Shown: one piece after another, positions 27,400-47,900 of the stretch
Layout: the number at the start of each line of letters is the position of its first letter
How positions within the stretch are numbered: the first letter of the stretch is position 1
From: Macrostomum lignano
Lineage: Eukaryota
Reading direction: 5' to 3'
DNA length: 64,000 bases
Assembly: GCA_002269645.1 (NCBI GenBank)
Contig: NIVC01002888.1
Coordinates: 16,937-80,936, forward strand
Notes under the pieces: model-generated
Seen by the model: the letters and a program-made list of their open reading frames with translations, nothing else
The model's database searches: none
Told to the model about the DNA's origin: nothing
Made by a program: the position numbers and the translations under genes

Positions 27400-30300
27400 A
27401 TGTGGCCAGTGTTCGAGAACAGCAGTCACGCCTGCGAGAATTCAACGATTGAGAACGACGAACACCGGCTGAAGTATCCCTTCCTGCCGGCCTACCTGAT
27501 GCTGATGGCCTGCCTACCGCTGTCCAACGCCACGCTCAGTGCCCTCTGCGTCTGCATCCTCCTGCGTAGGCGACGCTGGTGGCGCCAGCTCCCCAGAGTG
27601 AGCAGCCATCGCGTTGTCGGCGGCGGCAGCGTCATAAGCGCTGGCAGCGGCAACGGCGCCGTCGCCTGCTGTCGCTGCGTGCCCGATTTCGAGCGCCTAC
27701 TGGTGCTGCTCGCCGTTACCGAGGTGGCCTTTCAGGTGAGCATCGCTGACATCAGGACCTGTCGAGCCTCACAGACACCATAGTCTGCAAAAATGCACCA
27801 TAGCTCTCATCACACCAGCTGTACAAACACAGAAAGTACTCACCAGTACTCATCAGGTATTCACCAGCCATTTTTCATATTGTAAATATTCAGGCGCACT
27901 CTCGCCCTCGCAATCTTGATTCGGAAATGAAAGAAATCTGAAACTGTAAACGGAATATGTTTGGATAATTCCAGCGATTATCCCCTGCCTATCTTTGCCA
28001 GTTCGAAATTTGGCTTATCTTCAACTGAGTGGGTTCGCGTGTTTGTCTACTCTCCATCCGAGATTCAAAGGGAGAATCTGAATTTTCGCTCTGAATCATC
28101 AAGGCTCCGTAGTGAAATTTAATGCTTTAATGCTGGTGATTAATGTTGAGCGAACAAAGTCGGTGCTGTATTTCCCTTTCTCTTTAGGTATTAGTCAGTC
28201 CTCTCGAGCATATTTAACTCTTTGAAATCAAAGATGAGTCACTTTTCTCAAGCTCGAAATTTTGTATCGTCTGAAGTGACAAGCAAGTATTTTGGTCGAT
28301 TTTTTAAGGGCTTCTTTGGAATCCAGCAGCTGCTGACCTACTTTGTGGAGATGAACCAGCTTAAAACTGACAGCTCAATCGCTGCGATGATGCTGGCTTC
28401 GGCGCTGCAGTTCAGCTTCCTGACGGTTTCCTGGTGTCACGTGACTCGCAACTGGATCGTGGCTCTCATCGCCGTGTATCGCTATCGCATGGCCTCCAGC
28501 GCCAGCCTGGCTACCGGATGGTTGCTAGGCAACAAGCCGCTGTCCCGTTCTGCCCTGCTCTGGCTCACCAGTTTGGCCGTTAATCTGCCCAGGCTGTTTG
28601 AGTTCCGCGTGGTCGTGTGCTCGGCCTGGAATCAGGTATGTTCATAGATGGGGTAGATTGTACCTTTACAGCAGGTGGGGTAGATTTTACCTGTACAGCA
28701 GGTGGGGTAAATTTTACCTGTACAGCAGGTGGGGTAGATTGTACCTGTACAGAAGAAGGGGTAGATTGTACCTGTACAGCAGGTGGGGTAGATTTTACCT
28801 GTACAGCAGGTGAGGTAGATTGTACCTGTACAGCAGGTGGGGTAGATTGCACCTGTACAGCATGTAGGGTAGATTGTACCTGTACAGCAGGTGTGGTTGT
28901 ACCTGTACAGCAGTTGGGGTAGGTTGTACAAGTAGACATCCAACACTCCCACCTGATCGAAAATCCCCAGGTGACTCACATCGACGACTTTCTCCACGCC
29001 CATGTTGGCTACCGCATCCTCTACCACGGCTGCCTGCTGTTCCTGGTGCAGAGCGGCGGCCCCACAGTGACGGTGATGACCTTCAGCTGCCTGCTGGCTG
29101 TGGCACTATGCCGACAGCGCCGCGGACGTCTGAGACGATTCAGCAGCAACGGCGGCGGAAGCAGCGTCAGCACCGGCGGCGGTGGCTCCGGCGGCAACGG
29201 CGAAGCCGCGTCCTGCAATCGGACAGTCCTGGCGCTGAGCGCCTGCTTCCTGCTGTGCGAGGCGCCAACTCTGCTAAAGGTTGGGGTTCGAATCGGCGGA
29301 GGGCATGGCGTCAGGGTGCTGGGGAAAAACTGATCATTGTTGTGGGCAGCTGGCGCAACGCCTTCCCAACCAGCGCTGAGTCAATTCCACCCGTTCCGCT
29401 GACTCCCGAGCACACAGGCGCGCCAATACTGTACACAGGCCCGCACTCATGCACACGCTCCCACAGGGTGTACCGCGGCTCTGACTGTCTAATCGTCAGG
29501 CATGTACACTCTCTGTGCCTTGGGTGTTGGCCCCTCATGGGTGTGAAGTCTCAAACGAATGCGGCCGCGAATGGAATCGAACCAGGGGTCGCGATGTGAG
29601 ACACACTTTTAACCTTGAGCTGCCCTGCAACCTTGCACTGCTTGAATGTGATTCCAGAGAATAGGACTGTTAAACTCATTTTTTAGGTTATTCGCGAACT
29701 CAAGGGAAGGTGGACTCACTTTTCCCGATATATACCTTGATGTCTTTAAGGCATTTTTTCACTTAAAACATGCCTGCATTCTATAATAATAATATTACTA
29801 TCATTAATGGAGAGATGTGCAACCGACAGCTCAGCCGCAGCTATTTGCACGGCGCATCTGCAGGCTGCGTACGGCTGTTCGGTCCAAGGACTGGGGGGTC
29901 GCCACACACACCCTCAATTACCCCAGCTAATGCTGGCACCCATTTTACAGCTGGGTGAACTGAAGCAATGCAGAGTTAAGTGTCTTGCTCAAGGACGCAA
30001 ATGGTTCCGAGTGGGATCGGGAATCGAACCCGCGACCTTTCAGTTGTGAGTCCGATGCTCTAACCACTAAAACCCCAACATGCCCGACATCATTGCGCAG
30101 GTAGTGGACCCGGCAACGACCAGCCTGCACGTGCTCGGATACGCTACCAACTTTCTCACCTGCTTGAACTCAACCCTCAACCTGTGCGTGTACATGCTCT
30201 GCAACCGGAACTTCCGGCTAAGCCTCGCCGACTGCTGCCACAAATGGCGCCAGCTGTGTCGTCGGTTTTGTCGGCAGCGTCGGCGGAGGCCGCCGCCGGA

Positions 30301-30406
30301 GCGGTCTACCGAGATTCCGACCACCCAGACGGAGGCGCACGCATTGGCGCGGAGGCTGCTGAGCGCTCATCCGACTGAGAGTCGGGAGGCCAAGATGTCG
30401 GTGTGA
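27400..30406 (+). CDS. Rhodopsin-class 7TM GPCR, FMRFamide-receptor/Srw-like (about 425 aa)
   Basis: Exons 27400-27735, 28309-28635, 28971-29279, 30101-30406; all phase 0 and GT-AG. TM3 ends AVYRY, TM4 NLPRLFE, TM6 [10 protein letters not shown]7 NSTLNLCVY followed by NRNFR. Confidence 0.88.
28650..28912. repeat. 27-bp minisatellite GGGGTAGATTGTACCTGTACAGCAGGT filling GPCR intron 2
   Basis: About 10 copies. Confidence 0.95.
29385..29630 (-). mobile_element. SINE family A, copy 4 (most complete)
   Basis: On the minus strand: A-box-like AGCTCAAGGTT, B box GGTTCGATTCC (29573-29583), core GAGGGGCCAACACCCAAGGCACAGAGAGTGTAC, then the body shared with copies 1-3. Confidence 0.7.
29782..30076 (-). 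mobile_element. tRNA-derived SINE with CORE-like central domain and (TTA)n tail
   Basis: A box TAGTGGTTAGAGC and B box GGTTCGATTCC (30020-30030). Central CCTTGAGCAAGACACTTAAC...CAGTTCACCCAGCTGTAAAATGGG resembles the MIR/CORE consensus. Tail at 29783-29794; AACATGCC on both flanks. Confidence 0.8.
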
Positions 30407-30429
30407 ACTACCGACAGTCACTACCGACA

Positions 30430-31483
30430 GTGACAGCGGTAGTGATGATAGTAGTTGATAGTGGCAGTGGCAGCGGTAGTGACAGTGGCTGTGAAAGTGA
30501 GAGTGACAGTGACAGCGGTAGTGACAGTGGCTGTGAAAGTGACAGTGACAGTGACAGCGGTAGTGACAGTGGCTGTGAAAGTGACAGTGACAGTGACAGC
30601 GGTAGTGACAGTGGCAGTGACAGTAACAGTAACAGTGACAGTAGCAGTGACAGTGGCAGTGACAGTGGCCGTGACAGTGGAAATGACAGTGGCAATGACA
30701 GTGGCAGTGACAGCGGCAGTGACAGTGGCAGTGACAGTGGCAGTGACAGCGGTAGTGACAGAGGCAGTGACAGTGGCAGTGACAGTGGCATTGACAGTGG
30801 CAATGACAGTGGCAGTGACAGTGGCAGTGACAGTGGCAGTGACAGCGGTAGTGACAGCGGTAGTGACAGTGGCAGTGACAGTGACAGTGGCAGTGACAGT
30901 GGCAGTGACAGCGGTAGTGACAGTGGCAGTGACAGTGGCAGTGACAGTGGCATTGACAGTGGCAATGACAGTGGCAGTGACAGTGGCAGTGACAGTGGCA
31001 GTGACAGCGGTAGTGACAGTGGCAGTGACAGCGGTAGTGACAGTGGCAGTGACAGTGGCAGTGACAGTGGCAGTGGCAGTGACAGTGGCAGTGACAGTGG
31101 CAGTGACAGCGGTAGTGACAGTGGCAGTGACAGTGGCAGTGACAGTGGCATTGACAGTGGCAATGACAGTGGCAGTGACAGTGGCAGTGACAGTGGCAGT
31201 GACAGTGGCAGTGACAGCGGTAGTGACAGTGGCAGTGACAGTGGCAGTGACAGTGGCATTGACAGTGGCAATGACAGTGGCAGTGACAGTGGCAGTGACA
31301 GTGGCAGTGACAGTGGCAGTGACAGCGGTAGTGACAGTGGCAGTGACAGCGGTAGTGACAGTGGCAGTGACAGTGGCAGTGACAGTGGCAGTGGCAGTGA
31401 CAGTGGCAGTGACAGTGGCAGTGACAGCGGTAGTGACAGTGGCAGTGACAGTGGCAGTGACAGTGGCAATGACAGTGGCAGTA
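30430..31483. repeat. (GACAGTGGCAGT)n 6/12-bp minisatellite in or near the GPCR 3' UTR
   Basis: Starts about 25 nt after the GPCR stop codon. Confidence 0.97.
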
Positions 31484-32469
31484 GTGGGTAAAAACAGTTC
31501 TAGTCAATTGCTACAGCACATGAGTTGCTAACCAACCTCAGTGACCCCAACCGCAATGCTCGTACTTGTGTATTGAAGCCCGCACTGTCTAAACCTTATT
31601 TTTATGAGTTGCCCCAAGCCGCAACACTTGTGAATTTGTACTCCTGAATTGACACAACACTAAAAATTCGAGTTCAATTCATAAGTGCTTAATATGTTTT
31701 ATTCTCGATGTCTCTATAGTTTAGCACTTGTTTTTGAAACGATCGAATAATAATAATCCAGTGCATTAGTGTATCTTTCTTCATTGTTAAAACATTCTGA
31801 TATCTATTTCTAAAGCATGATTCCCTGTTTGTCTGTCTGTCTGTCTGTCAATCAAAGCGACTTTTTATATTACAAGCACTTTTTTAATTTATTTGCCCCG
31901 TCTATTTAAAGTTAAAAAAAACTGAGACATGTCGTAGGTGGTCTCTAAGCAACTGGCTGCCCTTAGTGCATCCAGCACGTGACAGTCATCGCAAAGCTCT
32001 AAACGTTGTGCCACTTAGTCAATTTTCGATGCGAAGTCCAATAAACACTCAGTCCAAAAGGTCAGCAAGTTAGTCAGTAGCTGAATTCGTTACACGTGTT
32101 ATTCGCACACCTGTAATTGTAAAAAAGCCTTGTAATTTGCTAGTCGGATTCGACCACACACGAAAATTGAAGGCTTTACTTGGCATAATTATATTATTGA
32201 AATTCTGCAGAGTTGAGACTAATTGTACTCCCTTGGCGCATTCATGCAGTAGGCCTCAAATAGGCCTTAATTAGTGGGCGGACTGCGACTGCTAGCTACA
32301 TGTAAGTCAGCTAATTTTCTTTTCTTAGTGCGTGGAATTCCATGAGGTAAACAGTCGAATGCAGTCAGGCTGAAGCGTCCCTGAGTCAAATGTGTGCAAC
32401 AGAGTTTAATACGACATTAAAGTTACTCCATTCACAACTATTTGGAGGTTTATTGCACCAGGCCAAATA

Positions 32470-32872
32470 AATACGTTTCTATAGTCTATGGTCGGGCCTA
32501 AGTAAGGAATAAATAAGTTCTGTAGTCTTTGGCCGGGCCTAAGTAAGGAATAAATAAGTTCTGTAGTCTTTGGCCGGGCCCAAGTGAGGAATAAATACGT
32601 TCTGTAGTCTATGGCTGGGCCCAAGTGAGGAATAAATACGTTCTGTAGTCTATGGCCGGGCCCAAGTGAGGAATAAATACGTTCTGTAGTCTATGGCCGG
32701 GCCTAAGTAAGGAATAAATAAGTTCTGTAGTCTATGGTCGGGCCCAAGTGAGGAATAAATACGTTCTGTAGTCTATGGCCGGGCCCAAGTGAGGAATAAA
32801 TACGTTCTGTAGTCTATGGCCGGGCCCAAGTGAGGAATAAATACGTTCTGTAGTCTATGGCCGGGCCCTAGT
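32470..32872. repeat. ~42-bp tandem repeat TTCTGTAGTCTATGGCCGGGCCCAAGTGAGGAATAAATACG
   Basis: About 9-10 copies read directly. Confidence 0.95.
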
Positions 32873-33234
32873 GGGGAATAAGTATTGATAGATGATCTGT
32901 TGATGTTCAAAAACTTACCAATGCGTAAAAATGCAGTCTATAGTTTGCATATATCCGTGTGCAAAACTTTGTGCCTATTTTCAAGGTTATGAGAGCTTCT
33001 GTTGCCCAGTGCATTAATCAGGCAGAAATCAATTGCGGTTTTCGGCAGATATAAACTTACAAAGTTTGTCTTTCATTCTGTAGCGTAGCCTGGATACCGG
33101 TAGCAGGGCACAAGATTGCCGAACAGAAGGTAATTTAAAGGGTAAGCTTTTATAATACAAGTATTTTTATCTTTCTCCGCAATGACTTTACTGTTTCTCT
33201 AAGATAATTTAACAGAAATATTCGTTTCAAGCAA

Positions 33235-36389
<3,155 letters not shown>

Positions 36390-37098
36390 TGACTTGCAGC
36401 CAGACGACGCTTGAGTTGGAAGCTCCGAAGACTTTCACAAAGTTACAAATTTTAACCGTGCCAAATCCAGCGCACAAAGGAATAGTGAAAATCTCTCATT
36501 TAGAATCATTCTGACGAGATGTTAAATAGCGCCTCCCAGCAAGCACATTCTCTCTCTCCTGTCAGCTCCATTGTGAGCGATCCTCTATCGCTGCTGTGCG
36601 AGCTCCTTCCTGTCTTTGAGTATTAGAAAAGAAATTTTCATCTGCCAACCCCAGCACTTCCTATTATTTGCAATTCTTTTTTTCATTTTGACTTTCTCAA
36701 TTTCCAACATTTCAAGCCAGACTAATGGGGCATATTCTAACTAAAGTCGTAGATGAGACCCACTTTCTTGTTTAACTAAAATGATGTATTGCCAGACCGA
36801 CTTCCTCTCTAGCCTACCTTAAGTAGAAGATAGAGCGAAGTTCTGGCTGCATAAATGATTTTGAAACAAAAACACTACTGGAAACCACAGATTCTAGAAT
36901 AACTGTAACGCATAACTCAGCACATTTGAGTGTAAGCTACTTTCAGTTCAGTAGTAAGTTAAACAGAAACATTTTAATGTATTTTTAAAGCCAGAGCTTA
37001 TTTATTGGCTCTTACCCCCCCCCAAGCTATTAAACCCTCAAACTCCTCATAGAACCTCTACCCCCGGCCCGCGACCTAATTTTATTACCTTCTTCGGT

Positions 37099-37495
37099 TG
37101 TTCCAGCCTAAATCTGCCTTGTACATTTCAGTGGCTAATGTACATTATGGCTGAACCAATTAGCAAGCTGTTTACGCCTAGCTGCAAGCTTGGGCTTCTA
37201 AACTTATCAAAGTCATTTCAGCTGCCTTATTCTTATAAAATAGCTTATGTATTCTTCTTTGCTACTGAACTGAAAGTAGAAAGCTGTTTTGCCAAGTATA
37301 AATGCCAGAGTGGACCATCTAGTTATTCTAGTATCTGTGTTCCAGCCTAAATCTGCCTTGTACATTTCAGTGGCCAATGTACATTATGGCTCAACCGATT
37401 AGCAAGTTGTTTGCGTCTGCAAGCTTGGGCTTCTAAACAATTATCAAAGTCATCTCAGCTGCCTTTTTTTCCTATAAAATAGCATGTTTGTTTTG
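37099..37495. repeat. Tandem duplication of about 160 bp with a 239-bp period
   Basis: GTTCCAGCCTAAATCTGCCTTGTACATTTCAGTGG occurs at 37100 and 37339. Confidence 0.85.
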
Positions 37496-39204
37496 TTTAT
37501 TTGTTTACTGATTTATCTGTTGGGAAAAGCAACAAATAAATGGTGCACTTTAGAAGAATATCAGCGTAATGAATTGAGCCGAATTGAAGTTTTCCTAACT
37601 CCGGAAAGAAGGCTTTTAATAAGAATGGTGGAACTTGGACTCTACGTCAGTGAAGAAATGATCAACCTGTCGCAACCAGAGCTCAAGAGAGCAGCAGCTA
37701 CTATCAAATATTAAAGCGTGGGCAATACTTCACTGCACTGCCGGCTCTGCCTCTCACCGGGTCGACTCTGTGTGGCTCAAAAGGCTCAACATCAAGTTGA
37801 TCCAAGCTGCCGGTGTCACAAGCTAAGAACGCGTGTCTCCTTCACCAGAACACCCAGAAGATCGGGATTGAGATAGCTGAAAACAGGATTCGGAGCCAGA
37901 TCATCTAGTTACCGCCCCAACCGGGACGAAAGACTCAAGCGAGCATGCCAACTGCATGCTGAACATCCGTCAGTGGCAATTCCGAATCGCCTAGATTAGA
38001 ACGGAACACCTGGCCTATTACAAGCATCCAACAATTAGCTGTATCTAAAAGGCCATCTCAGTGCAATATGGCTCAGACAACATGCCTCATAAGAGTCAAC
38101 TTTTCGACGTTCCGTTGGCTTGCCTCATTGAGCTCGATGGTGATTTAGTGGGCCAGATTGTAAGAAACAAGGCTCTCAGTCAAAGTTTTAAGAAAAAAAA
38201 CTGACAAGGGCGCGCCTCTGGAATAGGATGCGAGCATAGGCCGCACCGCTAGAGTCAGCTAGCAGGCAGTCGACGACGCGTCGGTAAGTCGCTCGTCGCC
38301 GATCTTAAAGGCGGCCGGTCTCTCAACGGATTTACTAATTTTTGTTTACCAGAGAGTTTTATCAGAGACACCCTCGGTCAGTAAAAACATATTACGAGCG
38401 TAGATATATCTCTTCGGAAATTCGAGGACAATTCAAAATTATAGTTGCTAATGCGTGCTTCAACGTAAATAAGCTTTCCATAGCTATGACATTTTTTATC
38501 CTCAGTTAGTGCTCTGGCAGTAAAATTTGAATTTGCTACTACGAGTAAAATTATCAGCAGTATATACTATCGATTCGACAAGAATTGATTATTTGCATTT
38601 ATTATCGAATACATTTTTCCCAGGTATCTCTCAAAGTCACGTGATAACAAAAACAGGCGGGAAGTGAAGCATTTTCTAATAGAGAACAGAGGCGAGGAAG
38701 CCAAAATTTAATTTCCGAAAGGAATCCAAGAAATTGAAAGTATTTGTCCGACTTTAAGAAATGCGAAGAAATGCTTCTGGATAGAAAGTCTTTGTGGTTC
38801 TAGGCGGTGCACTGAAAGCAGAAAGGAAATGAGAGAGTGAATTTCACTTTGAAAATGAATTCACCTTTAGCTCAAAGAGAAATACGCATGCTGTTTGTTT
38901 GCATTCTAACCGTTGATAATTCTAATTAATGCATCAATTTAGATTATTACTTGTATTTGGAAACTCTGAAGACTTTCATAAAATTACCAATTTTAACCGT
39001 GCCAAATCCAGCGCTCTTGATTGCAGAGTCGTACAAGCATGCTGCTTTTGTCATACGGTACTGACTCCAGACTGCTTCAGACTCGAAAATTTAAAAGATA
39101 TTTATTAATTTAAGACTTGAAGATTGCAGGAAAACTTGAAAAACCCAAATCCATGCATTGCGAACAAGAGAGAAAAGGCCCGGGCCCGCTAGCTTGTGTC
39201 TGGC

Positions 39205-39494
39205 TTTGGCCTCTCTCCTTACTGCTCTCTCATTAGCTGAGCCAGATTGGTCCCCTAGATTGCGGTTTCGTCCGTCTAACTTCGACCTCTCTCTTTACTG
39301 CTCTCTCATTGGCTGAGCCAGAATGGGTCTGCCCCCTAGGCTGAGTTTCGTCCGTCTAACTTCAACCTCTCTCCTTACTGCTCTCTCATTGGCTGAGCCA
39401 GATTGGGCCTGTCCCCTAGGTTGAGTTTCGTCCGTCTAACTTCGACCTCTCTCTTTACTGCTCTCTCATTGACTGAGCCAGATTGGGTCTGCTA
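39205..39494. repeat. 76-80-bp tandem repeat interrupted by the LINE insertion
   Basis: CTGCTCTCTCATT at 39222, 39298, 39378 and 39458; the unit resumes at ~44665-44690. Confidence 0.9.
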
Positions 39495-39586
39495 CTACTT
39501 ACTTACTTACTACTGACGGGGGGCGCAGGCGCCGCGAATAGGCCGCGAGGCCCCTATCGCAACCCCAAGGTAAAAGAGCACAAGGA

Positions 39587-44466
<4,880 letters not shown>

Positions 44467-44982
44467 TTATCCCAGGATTGCTCCCAGGCGAGGCTCCGGC
44501 AGGCCCCCGGTCCACACTCTGCAAGATCAGGGGGCGGGAGGCCGGCTGCGGGCTTGGGACACAGGCGCCAGGTCGAGTTGACAGCCGACGCCCGAGCCCT
44601 CCCCCACAAGAGCGGCCCTCGAGAACCCGTGTGGTACCAGTGGGTCTGCTAATGGGTCTACGTGTGGGTCTGCTAACTAGGCTGAGTTTCACTTGTGCAT
44701 ATCAAGTTAAATGCTTGCTGATCATTCTTAAGCCCATATGCTCTTCTGGCCGCAACTCCCGAGGAACAAAAAGAAATTTTAGCTGCCAGATTAAATTTAA
44801 GTGACACTGCGCAGACAAACTTCTGAAAAGAGTAAACACTCTACTTTTCACAACTTTAATTTTGAGTGACATATCTAGTCACTTCTAGTAGCTGTGGCTA
44901 AAACTAAAAAGGCTCAGGCCAGTACCAATTAATGACAAAGTTAGGATCTACTACTGTATCTGAAGCCACCGAAAATTTTTGT

Positions 44983-47900
44983 TCAGTCGTCGACTCCGAT
45001 AGACATCTCCGACCGACGCATCTGAATGCCGAGCACCATCTTCTCGGCGATATAGCGGTAGACGCTCAGCCAGGCCTTCTGAACCTCACGGGTGTACAAC
45101 GGGCCCAGCTTCCGCTCCATCGCATAGTCTATGGCCGGCCAGAGGCGCTGAAATGTTTTATTTGATTCGATTTTTTTACTATGATTCATAGGCGTAGGAG
45201 CGTTTCAAAATGTGGGGGGCCAGGTCAGTGGCGGATTTAGGGGGCTGGGGCGCATAGGGTGCACGCCCACTGTCGAGTTAGATTTTTCTATTTTTATGGA
45301 AAATGCACATTATCATGCACCAATTATTTTTAGAATCGGTGTTGTCAGCACTCATTTTAGCGTTGCAGGCACTCTTTTAGCGCCGTGGGCACTCATTTTA
45401 GCGCCACAGCCCTTATTTTAGCGCCACAAGACCTCATTTTTGCGCTGCAGGCACCCATTTTAGCGCCACAGGCACCCATTTTAGCGCCGCAGGCACTCAT
45501 TTCAGCGCTGCAGGCGCTAGCGCCACAGGCACTCATTTTAGCGCCGCAGGCACTCATTTCAGCGCTGCAGGCACTCATTTTAGCGCTGCAGGCACTCATT
45601 TTAGCGCCGCAGGCACTCATTTTAGCGCCACAGGCACTCATTTTAGCGCCACAGGCACTCATTTTAGCGTCACAGGCACTCATTTTAGCGCCGCAGCCAC
45701 TCATTTTAGCGCCGCAGGCACCCATTTGAGCGCTGCAGGCGCTATGTTTTGTGGCCCTGCAGCAAAATGTATTTATGCAAAGCAGCAAAAATAAAAATAA
45801 GAGTAAAAAATAAACAAAAAATTTACATTTTGCAGTTAAAATGTGGAGGGGCCATGGCCCCACTGTTCCCCCGTTCTTACGGCTATGCTACGCTCGTATG
45901 ATTTAGTCTACTACTAGTATTAACAACTTTTCAGTAGATACAAAATTGATTTTTAACTACAGTTATTTAAGCATTCAGACAAATGAGATAATGTTGACTA
46001 GATAGGCAATTTCATAAATATGGCCTATACTAGCCTAATGTAGTTAAAGTATTTTATTCTACTTTAATGAAGGCTCACTACTGAGTGTAAAGACAATCAC
46101 ATTATTATTTATTTGCATGTATTTCTTATTAGAAAGGTAATTCATACCAGAAGAAGAATATTGGGTGCTGCCTCCTATCAAAAGCATTTACAAGTGTTTT
46201 GTTGAAAAATGAAAAACTCCATTCCCCGTAAACCTGTCTAATAAAAATTTCCCAAGAAACATAGTTCCCATCCTCCTACTTGAATAGCCCTTGCTCTAAC
46301 ACTAACCTAAACCCTAACCTAACCTAAATTGTCCTGTTTCATGTGCTAACTGATAGTCTCTGTGGGTTTTAACACTGGGGGGAAGACAAGGCAAGTATAC
46401 AGATAGTGCACGTTCGTATTTGGAAAATCCGCATCGAACACTCCAACACTACTTGATATTTGCATCTAAGTGGGGGGGGGGGTAAATATATGCAGATATC
46501 TGATATAATTTCAAATATGTCTTCAGCTCCGAGAGCTGATATGGCATATCAATCCGATTAGCCTTGGGATTATTATCAAGTCTTTAAGCGTCATTTGGAT
46601 GTACAGGAAAAGACAGCAAGGTTAACATTATTGCTCTGTATTTAGACTCCCACAGATGCAGAATTTTCTGATCCTCATAAGAAGATGAAAGTTGATGAGA
46701 GTGAAATTATGATCATTACTGAAAAACAAGTGAGCTAAGCTAATAATTAAGACTCAAAAGTTGCATCTTCATATTAGGTTTCTTTTTTGAGCTTCACGGA
46801 TGTAACTGAGACGTTAATGCATCCAGAAATCTGCGAGGCGTCAGGCAGTCTTGCAATGAGATCAATCAATAACAAAAATCAAACTTCTCTCTCAGGAACT
46901 GCAAGCCTAGACTTGTAACTCGAAACAATTCACGATGATACAATAAACAATCAATACTGCGTGTCTTATGCATCTCTATGCTTTATGAAACTTGTGGCTA
47001 TAGCCTACAAGTAAAAACTACGAGTAGGTTACAGCCGATCAATGGGATGCCGTCTTAGAAGGCCGTTCGTTCAGCCTCAAATCTCAATGCAAAGCAAACC
47101 CGTTTGAACTGGAGCAGATTAAAGGCAATAAAATGTCTGCACTGATTTTTGGACACGCCCTTGGGCTACAATGGATTGCTAGGGAGTTTTTAATAGGATG
47201 TTGCACCACACAATATTAATCCTGCAATTTGACTCAAGTGAATATTTTGGTACTCAAGTCCTAAATGAGGCAATGCACATCCAATTTAATTACTACTTTA
47301 GTTCTCGTATGCAATAAATTCTATGCATGCTCCTTTCCGAAAGTAAATGCATATCTACTGGACAAACTTCAGTGTGCACTGTTGTTCCTTTATCAGTGCG
47401 AGGCCAGTTTAATATAAGTGAGTGGCCCCAAATGTTAACGTACGTACACTGGCGCGTTTGTCGGATTGGCGGTCTGTACATTCAAGAGACGAGAGTCAAT
47501 GCGAACGGCCTCTCCGTCAGCGAATGTACATTCAAGAGACGAGAGTCAATGCGAACGGCCTCTCCGTCAGCGAATGTACATTCAAGTGACGAGAGTCAAT
47601 GCGAACGGCCTCTCCGTCAGCGAATGTACATTCAAGTGACGAGAGTCAATGCGAACGGCCTCTCCGTCAGCGAATGTACATTCAAGTGACGAGAGTCAAT
47701 GCGAACGGCCTCTCCGTCAGCGAATGTACATTCAAGTGACGAGAGTCAATGCGAACGGCCTCTCCGTCAGCGAATGTACATTCAAGTGACGAGAGTCAAT
47801 GCGAACGGCCTCTCCGTCAGTGAATGTACATTCAAGTGACGAGAGTCAATGCGAACGGCCTCTCCGTCAGCGAATGTACATTCAAGTGACGAGAGTCAAT

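Noticed and set aside
29995-30075. tRNA gene
   Set aside because: It has A and B boxes but no intact acceptor stem and continues into a SINE body and tail, so it is treated as a SINE head.
30218-31531. Ser-Asp-rich 362-aa ORF (adhesin/DSPP-like) and His/Cys-rich 429-aa ORF
   Set aside because: A 6/12-bp repeat open in four frames, with no signal peptide, no proper ATG and no splice support, and out of frame with the GPCR.
37484-38200. Decayed coding-like stretch
   Set aside because: Multiple stops and no recognisable domain; possibly an old element remnant.
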